Shown here piece by piece: positions 36,937-46,260 of a stretch of DNA of 64,000 bases. The position numbers were made by a program, and so were the translations under genes. Location of the stretch: the NCBI GenBank assembly GCA_016182385.1, contig JACPGV010000002.1:253190-317189 (forward strand). Reading direction: 5' to 3'. The DNA is from Candidatus Moraniibacteriota bacterium. GTDB taxonomy: Bacteria > Patescibacteriota > Minisyncoccia > Moranbacterales > UBA1568. The notes beneath the pieces were generated by a model. The model had not been told where the DNA came from. It saw only the letters and a program-made list of their open reading frames with translations, and made no database searches. Numbering within the stretch: position 1 is the first letter of the stretch; every line of letters starts with the position of its first letter.

Positions 36937-38028
36937 ATGTACGCTATGGCCAATTATTACGATATCCTCGGTGTTTCAAAGAGCGCTTCAGAAGACGAAA
37001 TTAAGAAAGCATTTCGCAAGCTTGCTCATAAATATCATCCGGATAAGGGTACGGGTGACGAGAAAAAATTTAAAGAAATCAATGAGGCGTACCAGGTTCT
37101 TTCCCATAAGGAAAAACGACAACAGTACGACCAGTTTGGTCAAACGTTTCATGGGCAGGGTGGGTATGGTAACGGATCGCAACAAGGATTTAGTGGTTTT
37201 GGTTTTAATAATGCGAATGGTTTTGATTTTTCCGGAACAGGTTTTGAAGATATTTTTTCGGATATTTTTGGGGGTGGCGGCGGAGTTCGACGAAAAACAA
37301 GAGCGGGGGAGGATATTCATGTTGATGTGGAAATAGATTTTGAAGAAATGGTGAACGGTGCGAAAAGAGAAATACCTTTGCGGAAATTTGTTTCTTGTGA
37401 TAGTTGTCGTGGTACCGGAGGAAAGCCGGGGTCGCGAGAAGAAAATTGTTCAGAGTGTAGCGGAAGCGGTCAAGTGCGTCGTGTTACACAAACCGTTTTT
37501 GGTGCTTTCGCTCAGGCATCCCTTTGCGATCGTTGTCATGGTAAAGGAAAAATGTTTACGGAACGATGCGTGATGTGTCGTGGAGCCGGACGGCATCAAA
37601 AAGAAGAAACTGTTTCTGTTGAGATACCGGCCGGTATACATGATGGGCAAACAGTTTCTCTTTCTGGTGGTGGCGCGGTCGGGGAAAACGGTGTGATGTC
37701 GGGAGATTTGTTTATCAATGTTCATGTGCGGCCACATACATTTTTGAAGCGACGCGGTGATGATATTGTGTCTGAGTTTCAAATTACTTTTTCGCAAGCT
37801 ACCCTTGGTGATAAAGTTCTTCTTAAAACCATTGATGGTGATGTGACTATGAAGATTCCTTCCGGTACAAAGTCTGGAGAAGTGTTTCGCATTCGAGGAA
37901 AGGGCGTTCCTCACTTGGGAGAACGAGGCCGGGGCGATCATTTGGTGACGGTAACGGTTATTATTCCTCAAAAGGTATCTCGTGATGCTCGTGTGCTTAT
38001 AGAAAAGTTGCGAGAATATGGGCTATAG
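36937..38028 (+). CDS. dnaJ: molecular chaperone DnaJ (J-domain, G/F region, 4xCxxCxGxG zinc finger, C-terminal domains)
   Basis: [32 protein letters not shown], plus CDSCRGTG…CSECSGSG…CDRCHGKG…CVMCRGAG. Confidence 0.9.
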   Translation: MYAMANYYDILGVSKSASEDEIKKAFRKLAHKYHPDKGTGDEKKFKEINEAYQVLSHKEKRQQYDQFGQTFHGQGGYGNGSQQGFSGFGFNNANGFDFSGTGFEDIFSDIFGGGGGVRRKTRAGEDIHVDVEIDFEEMVNGAKREIPLRKFVSCDSCRGTGGKPGSREENCSECSGSGQVRRVTQTVFGAFAQASLCDRCHGKGKMFTERCVMCRGAGRHQKEETVSVEIPAGIHDGQTVSLSGGGAVGENGVMSGDLFINVHVRPHTFLKRRGDDIVSEFQITFSQATLGDKVLLKTIDGDVTMKIPSGTKSGEVFRIRGKGVPHLGERGRGDHLVTVTVIIPQKVSRDARVLIEKLREYGL

Positions 38029-38090
38029 TACGCGTTGCTTTGGGTGGTATTTTCTTATACAATGCAGATGACCACTTTTAAAATATTTTT

Positions 38091-38648
38091 ATGGAAAAAA
38101 CTACAAAAGTTCTTATTGTGGACGATGATGTCGATACGCGTTCTTTATATGCTGAGGCTTTGCGGGCGGTAAACTTTGATGTGCGAGAGGGTGGTGATGG
38201 CTTAGAGGGTCTTGAGCTTGCGACGAACGATACCCCACATGTTATCGTGACGGGTATTATTATGCCGCGGATGGATGGTTTTCAATTTTTTGAGGCGTTA
38301 AAGAAAAATGTACCGACCGCATCGGTACCAGTCATTTTTCTTTCCCATCTTGGTCGTGAAGAAGATGAACGACGAGCGAAAGAAATCGGCGCAGCCGCAT
38401 TTTTAATGCGAGATATGACATCGCCGAACGATATGATTCAGTGTCTTAATACGATACTAACGACCAAAGAATACGTTGTTGGTATTGATCCATTTAATTT
38501 TGATGCAGCTCTTCTGGCAGAAGACCTTGATATCAACCCGGATTTTGTTTGCGTTTCCGAGGGAAAGGTAAATGGGCGGGTGGTGCTTAAGTTGCGCTCT
38601 CGTGACGGGAGTGATAAGCACTTTGACGCAGAAATTTCTTGCGTTTGA
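38091..38648 (+). CDS. stand-alone response-regulator receiver (REC) domain protein
   Basis: KVLIVDDDVDTRSLYAEAL…HVIVTGIIMPRMDGFQFFEALKK has CheY-like Asp pocket residues. No output domain is recognised. Confidence 0.7.
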   Translation: MEKTTKVLIVDDDVDTRSLYAEALRAVNFDVREGGDGLEGLELATNDTPHVIVTGIIMPRMDGFQFFEALKKNVPTASVPVIFLSHLGREEDERRAKEIGAAAFLMRDMTSPNDMIQCLNTILTTKEYVVGIDPFNFDAALLAEDLDINPDFVCVSEGKVNGRVVLKLRSRDGSDKHFDAEISCV

Positions 38649-38659
38649 CGTGTGTGGTT

Positions 38660-40363
38660 ATGATGAATTGGAATTATAGGATAGCGAACGTCGACGCATG
38701 CGAAAAAAAAAGTTCATACCATCCCGTTCTTTCCGCCTTGCTTGCCGATCGCGGTTGTGTGACTGATGAAGAGAGTGAACGTTTTCTGTTTCCTCAATTT
38801 GATCGTGATATACACGATCCTTTCTTGTTTCATTTTATGGAACGAGTAGTGAAGCGTCTCGGAGAGGCGAGGAAACACGGTGAAACAATAGGTATTTTCG
38901 GTGACTATGATGCCGATGGCGTGACAGCTTCCGTCATAATGCGTGAAGCTTTGACCGCGCTTGGTATAGCGGTGGTGGTGTACATTCCGGAAAAGCTCTC
39001 CGAAGGGCACGGCTTAAATATGAAGGCGGTTAATTTTTTTGTTGAGCAAAATATTGGTCTCATAGTAACGCTTGACTGTGGAATGACCAATCATGATGAA
39101 ATTGATAGTGCCAAAAAACAAGGGGTGGATGTGATTATTATCGATCATCATCACACGCCGGAGATTCTACCGAACGCGTATGCCATTATCAATCCTAAAC
39201 TACCCGGTGAGACTTATCCTTTTTCTGATTTGTGTGGAGCGGGAACGGCTTTCAAAGTGGCGCAAGCTTTGTATCGACGTTTTTTACCGGAAAAAATAGA
39301 TCAATTAAAGTGGATACTTGATGTGGTGGCCATCGGTACGGTGGCTGATGTTATGCCACTGATCGGTGAAAATCGCGTGTTGGTGAAGTATGGTCTCATC
39401 GTTCTTTCTAAAACAAGACGTACTGGACTACAACAGTTGTTTGCCGTGGCCGGTATACGCATTGACGAGAATAACAAACCGGACGCGCGGATGATAGGTT
39501 TTCAAATTGCTCCTCGTATTAATGCCGCTTCGCGGATGGCTCATGCTATGCTCGCGCATGAGTTGCTTATGGAGGAAGATCCGGCGCATGCCAGAGTGCT
39601 TGCTTTAGAGCTTGACGCTCATAATGTCGCTCGACAAAAAACGAGCACCTTGATTACCGAACAGGTGCGTGCCATTGTTAAGGAGCGGTACGAGAACAAA
39701 AAGTTTATTTTTGCTGTTGAAAAACATTTCCCCTTTGGGATAGTCGGACTTATTGCCGGTCGTATCGCTCATGAGTTTCATAAACCGACGTGTGTTTTGA
39801 CGAAAGGAAAAGAGACAAGTCAGGGATCATTTCGCAGCATACCGGAACTTGATATTATATCCCTTATAAATCAGTGTGGCGATCTTTTAGAAAAATTCGG
39901 TGGACACGCGCAGGCGGCTGGTATGACCATTCGCAATGATCGATTGGATACTTTTTATGAACGTTTTAATGCTTTGGTTGAAGAAAAACTAAAAAATATT
40001 ATAACTGAACCGAAATTTATCATTGACGTTCGAATACAGCCCGAACATATAACGCCGGAGCTTGTTCGTGGCATGGAACTTTTGGCGCCTTTTGGTGAGG
40101 GTAATCCAGAACCGGTTTTTTCTCTTGCGCGTATGCGGGTAAAAGAAGCCCGTCTTGTCGGAAATGGTCAAAAACATTTGAAAATGTGTTTGACAAACCA
40201 GGAGGGAACGAGACAGTATGACGCGATTGGTTTTTCTCTTGGAGAGAGGGCTTCGTCTTTGACCGTTGATACCTTGCTTGACGCGGCGTTTCAGTTGAGT
40301 GAAAATACCTGGAACGGCAATACAACCGTTCAGTTAAAACTTCTTGACATGAGAGTTCTTTGA
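38660..40363 (+). CDS. recJ: single-stranded-DNA-specific exonuclease RecJ (DHH/DHHA1)
   Basis: IGIFGDYDADGVTASVIM…LIVTLDCGMTNHDEI…VIIIDHHH…GGHAQAAGMT. ATG at 38660. Confidence 0.85.
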   Translation: MMNWNYRIANVDACEKKSSYHPVLSALLADRGCVTDEESERFLFPQFDRDIHDPFLFHFMERVVKRLGEARKHGETIGIFGDYDADGVTASVIMREALTALGIAVVVYIPEKLSEGHGLNMKAVNFFVEQNIGLIVTLDCGMTNHDEIDSAKKQGVDVIIIDHHHTPEILPNAYAIINPKLPGETYPFSDLCGAGTAFKVAQALYRRFLPEKIDQLKWILDVVAIGTVADVMPLIGENRVLVKYGLIVLSKTRRTGLQQLFAVAGIRIDENNKPDARMIGFQIAPRINAASRMAHAMLAHELLMEEDPAHARVLALELDAHNVARQKTSTLITEQVRAIVKERYENKKFIFAVEKHFPFGIVGLIAGRIAHEFHKPTCVLTKGKETSQGSFRSIPELDIISLINQCGDLLEKFGGHAQAAGMTIRNDRLDTFYERFNALVEEKLKNIITEPKFIIDVRIQPEHITPELVRGMELLAPFGEGNPEPVFSLARMRVKEARLVGNGQKHLKMCLTNQEGTRQYDAIGFSLGERASSLTVDTLLDAAFQLSENTWNGNTTVQLKLLDMRVL

Positions 40364-40375
40364 AAGGAGAACAAA

Positions 40376-40732
40376 ATGGAGTATAAGGAAGGGCAGCTTG
40401 TTTGTGCGCTTGTACCTCGCGCATGGCATGGATCTCCCGAGAAATGGTATTTCGCCAAGGTTTTCAAAATATGTTCTGATCCAAAAAAGATAGGCTTGGT
40501 AGAAGTATATTTGTACCGTTTTGTCGAACAGGCGTCTCACGACCCGACGAATCGTTTCGAGGGACTTTATCCCGGTGTAGAATTTGGTCGGGAGACGGTT
40601 ATGCTCGCTCGTTTAGCGGCCGGTATGTTTCCGAAAGAAGAGGACTGCCAGGGTCAGCGTATTACGGTACGATTGACAGATATTTGTCCGGCGACGCAGG
40701 AGCATTTTTTGAAGCGGATTTTGTTACGCTGA
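40376..40732 (+). CDS. hypothetical small protein with Tudor/Agenet-like N-terminal motif
   Basis: A strong RBS (AAAGGAG). EGQLVCALVPRAWHGSPEKWYFAKVFKI resembles the Tudor-knot pattern G.lC.A…WYRA.I. No other similarity is evident. Confidence 0.4.
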   Translation: MEYKEGQLVCALVPRAWHGSPEKWYFAKVFKICSDPKKIGLVEVYLYRFVEQASHDPTNRFEGLYPGVEFGRETVMLARLAAGMFPKEEDCQGQRITVRLTDICPATQEHFLKRILLR

Positions 40733-40827
40733 GGAGCTTAAAAAACAATTTAGGCTCTTTTTTATTGGATAAAAAGAAAAAAACATGATATTCTCGAGAG
40801 AGATGTTGGTGATATTAATGAGATGAT

Positions 40828-41256
40828 ATGGAAACGATCGTCATGTATAGTGACGGTGGCTCACGGGGAAATCCCGGACCGGCGGCACTGGGAGTGTATA
40901 TTGAGACACTTGAAAAACGTTACGGAGAATTTCTCGGAACGAAAACGAACAATGAGGCTGAATACGCCGCGATTGTTTTTGGTCTCAAAAAAATAAAATC
41001 TTTGATTGGTAAAGAACGGGCAAAACAAACAATGGTGGAGTGTCGAATGGATAGCGAGCTTGCTTGTCGGCAACTGAATCATGAATATAAGATAGAAAAT
41101 GAGAAGCTCCAACCACTTTTTTTGACAGCATGGAACTTGATGCTTGATTTTTATGAAGTGCGCTTTATTCATGTGCCGCGCGAACAAAATACTGTCGCCG
41201 ATGTGGAGGCCAATAAGGCTATGGATGAAGAGTATAAGAAAAGAGGAATGTTGTGA
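40828..41256 (+). CDS. rnhA: ribonuclease HI
   Basis: YSDGGSRGNPGPAALGVYI…NNEAEYAAIVFGLKK…VPREQNTVADVEANKA, with the DEDD catalytic residues. Confidence 0.85.
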   Translation: METIVMYSDGGSRGNPGPAALGVYIETLEKRYGEFLGTKTNNEAEYAAIVFGLKKIKSLIGKERAKQTMVECRMDSELACRQLNHEYKIENEKLQPLFLTAWNLMLDFYEVRFIHVPREQNTVADVEANKAMDEEYKKRGML

Positions 41257-41265
41257 TTATTTAAA

Positions 41266-42261
41266 ATGTTTACGAAAAAAACCGTTATTATTGTTATTTT
41301 ATTGCTCGTCATGATTGTCGGGTGGTTTGTGTTTCGTTCGGGAAAAGAGGAAGAAACAGTACAAACAGAAACGGTGAAACGCGATACGGTAGTGGAAACG
41401 GTAAGTATCAGCGGGGAATTTGTTCCTCAAAAATATGCCGACATAGCATTTGCTGGTATAGGAACGTTAGAAAATATTTTTGTGCAAGAAGGGGAAGTTG
41501 TAGAAAAGGGAGATATTTTAGCGACACTTGATCGATCGGTGATTCGTTCACAGCTAGCGGATGCTCGTATAGCTTTGGCTATTGTTGTAGAAAATGAAAA
41601 ATTAGCGCGGCGTGACTGGAATGATTTAAAACCAGAAGAACGCGCCGCTAAGAAGCTTGCGAGTGAACAGGCACGAGAAAAAGTACGTACAATTGAAGCG
41701 CAATTGAGAGAAAGCGTTTTGCATGCGCCATTTTCCGGACAGGTATCAAAAATTGATATGCGAGCGAATGAAATTGCTGGCGCGGGGAAGCGAGTACTCC
41801 GTCTTGTAGAAGGAAATGATTTTGTTATTGAAGCGCGCGTTCCGGAATCGGATATTGTTAAAGTAGTGACGGGTATGGGCGCGAAGGTGACCTTTGATGC
41901 TCTTTCTTCAGACGATATATTTCAAGCAGAGGTCATTGAAATTGATCCTTCGGCAACGGTGGTACAAGACGTTGTTTCTTATGTGGTGACATTTCGTCTT
42001 ATTCAGAATGATGAGCGTCTCAAAGAAGGAATGACGGCTGACATAGATATCGAGACCGTCAAAAAAGAAAATGTTCTCTCTGTGCCATTTCGGGCGCTTG
42101 CCAAAGAAAAAGGTGTGTATTATGTGGAGGTGAAGCAGGGTGAGGAATTCGTGCGTGTACCGGTAACAATCGGTCTTGAGGGCGATGAAGGTCTTGTGGA
42201 GATAACGAGCGGGCTACAAGAAGGTGATATGGTCACTATCGGTGCCAAGCAAAAGAAGTAG
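41266..42261 (+). CDS. efflux transporter periplasmic adaptor subunit (HlyD/MacA family)
   Basis: A signal anchor, a coiled coil (ADARIALAIVVENEKLARRDWNDL…AREKVRTIEAQLRE) and beta-barrel segments. It precedes an ABC ATPase. Confidence 0.7.
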   Translation: MFTKKTVIIVILLLVMIVGWFVFRSGKEEETVQTETVKRDTVVETVSISGEFVPQKYADIAFAGIGTLENIFVQEGEVVEKGDILATLDRSVIRSQLADARIALAIVVENEKLARRDWNDLKPEERAAKKLASEQAREKVRTIEAQLRESVLHAPFSGQVSKIDMRANEIAGAGKRVLRLVEGNDFVIEARVPESDIVKVVTGMGAKVTFDALSSDDIFQAEVIEIDPSATVVQDVVSYVVTFRLIQNDERLKEGMTADIDIETVKKENVLSVPFRALAKEKGVYYVEVKQGEEFVRVPVTIGLEGDEGLVEITSGLQEGDMVTIGAKQKK

Positions 42262-42263
42262 GT

Positions 42264-42986
42264 ATGTCTCTTATTGTCGCAGAACATCTTTCCAAAGTGT
42301 ATGACAACGATGGTGTAAAAACACGCGCCCTTGACGACGCTACTTTTAGAATTGAAAAAGGAGAATTTGTTTCTATTATGGGACCGTCCGGGTCTGGCAA
42401 ATCAACGCTTATGCAAGTGCTGGGATTGCTTGATCGGGCGACTGATGGGGTATATACCCTTGAAGGAAAAGACATCAGTCAGTTTTCTGATGATGAATTG
42501 GCGATATTACGTAACAAGAAGATCGGTTTTGTCTTTCAAGCGTTCAATCTTCTCCCAAAGACAACGGTGTACGAAAATGTTGAGTTGCCGCTTTTGTATG
42601 ATGATCTTGTAATGGAAGATAATGATAGTCGGGTGAAAGCGGCACTTGAGGCTGTCAGTATGTCACATCGTATCAAATATTTTTCTAATCAGCTTTCTGG
42701 TGGTGAAAAACAACGTGTGGCCATCGCGCGCGCCTTGGTAAATGATCCGGAAATTATTTTTGCTGATGAGCCGACCGGCAATCTTGACTCCAAATCTGGA
42801 TTGCAGGTGATGCGTATTCTTCAAAATCTCAATGAGGCCGGCCGAACTATTATTTTGGTGACACATGAAACGTATACGGCCGAGCACGCCAAAAGAATTT
42901 TACGCATGAAAGACGGGCGTATTGTGGGCGATGAAAGAGTCGCTGCTCGCCGCTTTGCCTCCGCCGAACACCATCTCTTAAAATAA
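42264..42986 (+). CDS. ABC transporter ATP-binding protein (MacB/LolD/FtsE-like)
   Basis: Walker [12 protein letters not shown]-loop, signature [15 protein letters not shown], and Walker [13 protein letters not shown]. Confidence 0.9.
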   Translation: MSLIVAEHLSKVYDNDGVKTRALDDATFRIEKGEFVSIMGPSGSGKSTLMQVLGLLDRATDGVYTLEGKDISQFSDDELAILRNKKIGFVFQAFNLLPKTTVYENVELPLLYDDLVMEDNDSRVKAALEAVSMSHRIKYFSNQLSGGEKQRVAIARALVNDPEIIFADEPTGNLDSKSGLQVMRILQNLNEAGRTIILVTHETYTAEHAKRILRMKDGRIVGDERVAARRFASAEHHLLK

Positions 42987-42989
42987 CCA

Positions 42990-43010
42990 CTTAGAGGCTA
43001 AACCTCCAAG
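42990..43010. repeat. REP-like imperfect palindrome CTTAGAGGCTAAACCTCCAAG (copy A; reverse complement of copies B and C)
   Basis: An 8-bp stem, CTTRGAGG/CCTCYAAG, separated by three A or T. It lies 41 nt upstream of the Y1 transposase ATG. Confidence 0.7.
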
Positions 43011-43050
43011 TGCGCACATTACGGATCTATGGTAAAAATGAAAAAAACAT

Positions 43051-43719
43051 ATGAGAAAAACATCATTTGTCAATAACGGGATTTACCATATTTATAATCG
43101 TGGTATAGACAAGAGAGCGATAATCATGGATCGTGATGATGCAAAGAGATTTTTTCAGAGTATGGTTGAATTTAATACGATTAATCCAATAGGAAGTATT
43201 TTTCAGAATTCTTTCCGTAAGCAGAAGAAAAAACTTGGAGGTTTAGCCTCTAAGGAGGACTTTGAAGAGGGTAAAAAACTTGTTGATATTATTTGTTATT
43301 GTGTTAACGTAAATCATTTTCATTTTATATTAAGACAGGTAGAAACGAGGGGGATTGAAAAGTTTATGCAGCGTCTTGGCACGGGATATACGATGTATTT
43401 TAATGAGCGATACGAGAGAAGTGGCTCCTTGTTTCAAGGAACATTTAAATCAATTTTTGTTGGAACTAACGAATATCTTCTGCGTTTAAGTGCTTATGTA
43501 AATTTGAATTTCCGTGTTCATGGATACGATAAGGATGCAATGCTACTCATTCATTCCAGTTGGGATGAGTATATTGGTAAGAGTAAAGAAAAGTATTGCG
43601 AAAAAGATGATGTGCTCGGGCAATTTCGTAAAAAAGAAGATTATGTAGACTTTGCAAAGGATGCATTGGTTGGGATTCTTGAAAGGAAACAGTTAGCGAA
43701 AGATTTGTTGATGGAATAA
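43051..43719 (+). CDS. Y1 (HUH) transposase-like protein, IS200/IS605 TnpA / RAYT-like
   Basis: N-terminal GIYHIYNRGIDKRAIIMD, the HuH motif NHFHFIL and a downstream Tyr-containing helix (…GTGYTMYFNERYERSG…). About 220 aa, typical of this family. Confidence 0.6.
   Translation: MRKTSFVNNGIYHIYNRGIDKRAIIMDRDDAKRFFQSMVEFNTINPIGSIFQNSFRKQKKKLGGLASKEDFEEGKKLVDIICYCVNVNHFHFILRQVETRGIEKFMQRLGTGYTMYFNERYERSGSLFQGTFKSIFVGTNEYLLRLSAYVNLNFRVHGYDKDAMLLIHSSWDEYIGKSKEKYCEKDDVLGQFRKKEDYVDFAKDALVGILERKQLAKDLLME
43234..43254. repeat. REP-like palindrome CTTGGAGGTTTAGCCTCTAAG (copy B, inside the transposase CDS)
   Basis: Identical to copy C. In frame it encodes …LGGLASKED…. Confidence 0.7.
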
Positions 43720-43723
43720 AATC

Positions 43724-43744
43724 CTTGGAGGTTTAGCCTCTAAG
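43724..43744. repeat. REP-like palindrome CTTGGAGGTTTAGCCTCTAAG (copy C, 5 nt after transposase stop)
   Basis: The exact inverted partner of copy A. Confidence 0.7.
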
Positions 43745-43760
43745 TAATGGAGTTGAAAGT

Positions 43761-45002
43761 ATGAAAATATCTGATCCGATAAAAATTTCTTATCGTTCCC
43801 TCACGGCTTCTAAAATGCGGTTTTTTCTCACGGTGCTGGGTATCGTGATCGGTGTCGCGGCGGTTATTATGGTGATGGCTATTGGTGCAAGCGCTCAACA
43901 ATTGGTATTGGCGCAAGTTGAAAAAGTTGGATCACATCTTATTGGTATTTTACCGGGCGCTTCAGAGGAGGACGGTCCGCCGGCCGCTGCTTTTGGTGTT
44001 GTTACGACAACTTTCATTAACGATGATCTGAAAGCGCTTCGCGAACGACGCAATATTCCTCATTTGGTAGCGATTTCTGGTTATGTTTCTGGATCAGCGA
44101 CTATTGAATCGGGTGCGGAATCTTTGGAAGTGAGCTATCAAGGCGTTTCTCCGGATATGATTGAGGTGGAATCGATTGAGGTAGCAGAGGGACGATTCTT
44201 TTTTCCTGAAGAAGAATCAAATTTGGCACGAGTAATTGTTCTTGGCGCGATTCGTGCTAAAGAATTTTTTCCTGATCGTAATCCGATCGGAGAAACGGTC
44301 AAAGTGAAAGATATTCCTTTTCGAGTCGTTGGTGTTTTGAAGGAGCGTGGTTCAACGGCGTTTTCCAACCCTGATACGCTTGTCTTTGTGCCGCTTGAGA
44401 CAGCGCAAAAGCTTTTGCTTGGTATTGATTATCTTAATTTTGCCCGCGGAAAAGTTGATACATCGGAAAACGTTGATCGCACAGTAGAAGACATCAATAT
44501 TCTTTTGCGCGATCGACACGATATTGAGGAAGGAGAAGAAGCAGATTTTTCTGTTCGTAACACAGCGTCGGCACTGGAAGTACTGACGCGTATCACTAAT
44601 ATTTTGAAATATTTTTTGACGGCTATCGCGTCTATTTCGCTTGTGGTGGGCGGCGTGGGAATTATGAACTCCATGCTTATTGCTGTTTCTCAGCGGATAC
44701 GAGAGATCGGTTTGCGCAAAGCTGTCGGTGCGCGACCACAACACATCCTGACACAGTTTCTTATTGAATCTTCCTTTGTGACACTCTTGGGAGGGTTCTT
44801 GGGCATAGTACTCGGTATCACGCTTTCTTTTTTGGCGGCAGTCATTATTCCGCGATTGGGATATGAATGGGAATTTATTGTGCCGATCTCGTCTCTTGGC
44901 ATCGGTTTTGGTGTTTCATTTGCTATTGGCATCGTGTTTGGTTTGTATCCCGCCTTTACCGCGGCTAAAGTGAGTCCTATGGAAGCTCTTCGTTATGAAT
45001 AA
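43761..45002 (+). CDS. ABC transporter permease, MacB-like (MacB periplasmic core domain + FtsX 4-TM)
   Basis: N-terminal TM, a large periplasmic domain, then the FtsX-family C-terminus (…SISLVVGGVGIMNSMLIAVSQRIREIGLRKAVGAR…). GGAG RBS. Confidence 0.8.
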   Translation: MKISDPIKISYRSLTASKMRFFLTVLGIVIGVAAVIMVMAIGASAQQLVLAQVEKVGSHLIGILPGASEEDGPPAAAFGVVTTTFINDDLKALRERRNIPHLVAISGYVSGSATIESGAESLEVSYQGVSPDMIEVESIEVAEGRFFFPEEESNLARVIVLGAIRAKEFFPDRNPIGETVKVKDIPFRVVGVLKERGSTAFSNPDTLVFVPLETAQKLLLGIDYLNFARGKVDTSENVDRTVEDINILLRDRHDIEEGEEADFSVRNTASALEVLTRITNILKYFLTAIASISLVVGGVGIMNSMLIAVSQRIREIGLRKAVGARPQHILTQFLIESSFVTLLGGFLGIVLGITLSFLAAVIIPRLGYEWEFIVPISSLGIGFGVSFAIGIVFGLYPAFTAAKVSPMEALRYE

Positions 45003-46260
45003 TATCATCAAGAAAAAATACACGGCGTTTCTTTTTGCCGTACGCACCATCCGTACTCATAAGGTTCGAACGACTTTGGCGTTGCTTGGTGTGGTCATTG
45101 GCGTGTTTGCTGTCGTTGTGGTGACGGCGCTTGGAGATGGTGTCAAAGGTTATATTTTGGGCCAAGTGGAGAGTTTTGGTTCCAGTCTTATTCAGGTAGA
45201 AGTGAAGGTACCTAATACCGGTACGATGTCGAGCGAAAATGCCTCGGGACGTACGCAAGGAACACAAATTACAACCCTCGTTCTTGATGATCGTGAGGCG
45301 ATAGGAAAATTACCCAACGTAGAGGCGACCTACGCCGGAACTATTGGTCAAGAAAAAGCTTCTTTTGGCTCTGTCAACAAACGAATATTGCTTTTTGGTG
45401 TCAGTGCCGATGCGCCGCGCGTTGATGAGAGACTGACATTACAGGCGGGCAGATTTTTTACTGATGATGAGGATGATAACATGGATCGCGTGGCGGTTTT
45501 GGGTGCGGAAATTAAAGAAAAATTTTTTGGTCTAGGGAATGCTTTGGGAGAGACTATAACGATCAAGGGAGAAAAATATCGTGTGATTGGTGTTGTAGAA
45601 CCACGTGGAACAGTGGCCTTTTTCAATCTTGATTCTATGGTATACGTGCCCGTACAGACATTATTGACCAATATTCTCGGTATCGACTATGTGCAGATGA
45701 TATCCGTCAAAATGAGTGACGGCACAAAGGATAAGGAGACTGTTGCCGACATGGTTGCTTTGCTGCGAATGCGACATGATATCGATGACCCTCAAAAAGA
45801 TGATTTTGCTGTGACATCGACGAAAGAAGCGCAAGAAACTCTTGCTGATGTATTGGGGGCGGTGAGCATTCTTTTGCTTGCTCTTACTTCTATTTCGCTG
45901 GTGGTGGGTGGCGTGGGAATTATGAACGTGATGTATGTTTCGGTTGCCGAGCGAACCAGTGAAATTGGTTTACGCAAAGCTCTCGGCGCCAGATCGGGGA
46001 ATATTTTGGCCCAATTTTTGACTGAAGCGATGATCATTACCGGTATAGGAGGGATAGTAGGAATTCTTCTTGGGGTTGTCGTCGTCATTTTATTGACGAA
46101 TATTTTTATTTCTTTTGGATTTGACGTGCGACTTTCTTTTAGCGCCCGGTCTCTTTTTCTTGGCGCCGGTTTTTCCATGGCGGTGGGATTGTTGTTTGGT
46201 ATTGCTCCGGCGCTCAAGGCCGCGCGACTTTCACCTATGGAGGCATTACGACGTGATTAA
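44995..46260 (+). CDS. ABC transporter permease, MacB/FtsX family (paralog)
   Basis: The same architecture as the gene at 43761, with …SISLVVGGVGIMNVMYVSVAERTSEIGLRKALGAR…. Confidence 0.8.
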   Translation: MNNIIKKKYTAFLFAVRTIRTHKVRTTLALLGVVIGVFAVVVVTALGDGVKGYILGQVESFGSSLIQVEVKVPNTGTMSSENASGRTQGTQITTLVLDDREAIGKLPNVEATYAGTIGQEKASFGSVNKRILLFGVSADAPRVDERLTLQAGRFFTDDEDDNMDRVAVLGAEIKEKFFGLGNALGETITIKGEKYRVIGVVEPRGTVAFFNLDSMVYVPVQTLLTNILGIDYVQMISVKMSDGTKDKETVADMVALLRMRHDIDDPQKDDFAVTSTKEAQETLADVLGAVSILLLALTSISLVVGGVGIMNVMYVSVAERTSEIGLRKALGARSGNILAQFLTEAMIITGIGGIVGILLGVVVVILLTNIFISFGFDVRLSFSARSLFLGAGFSMAVGLLFGIAPALKAARLSPMEALRRD

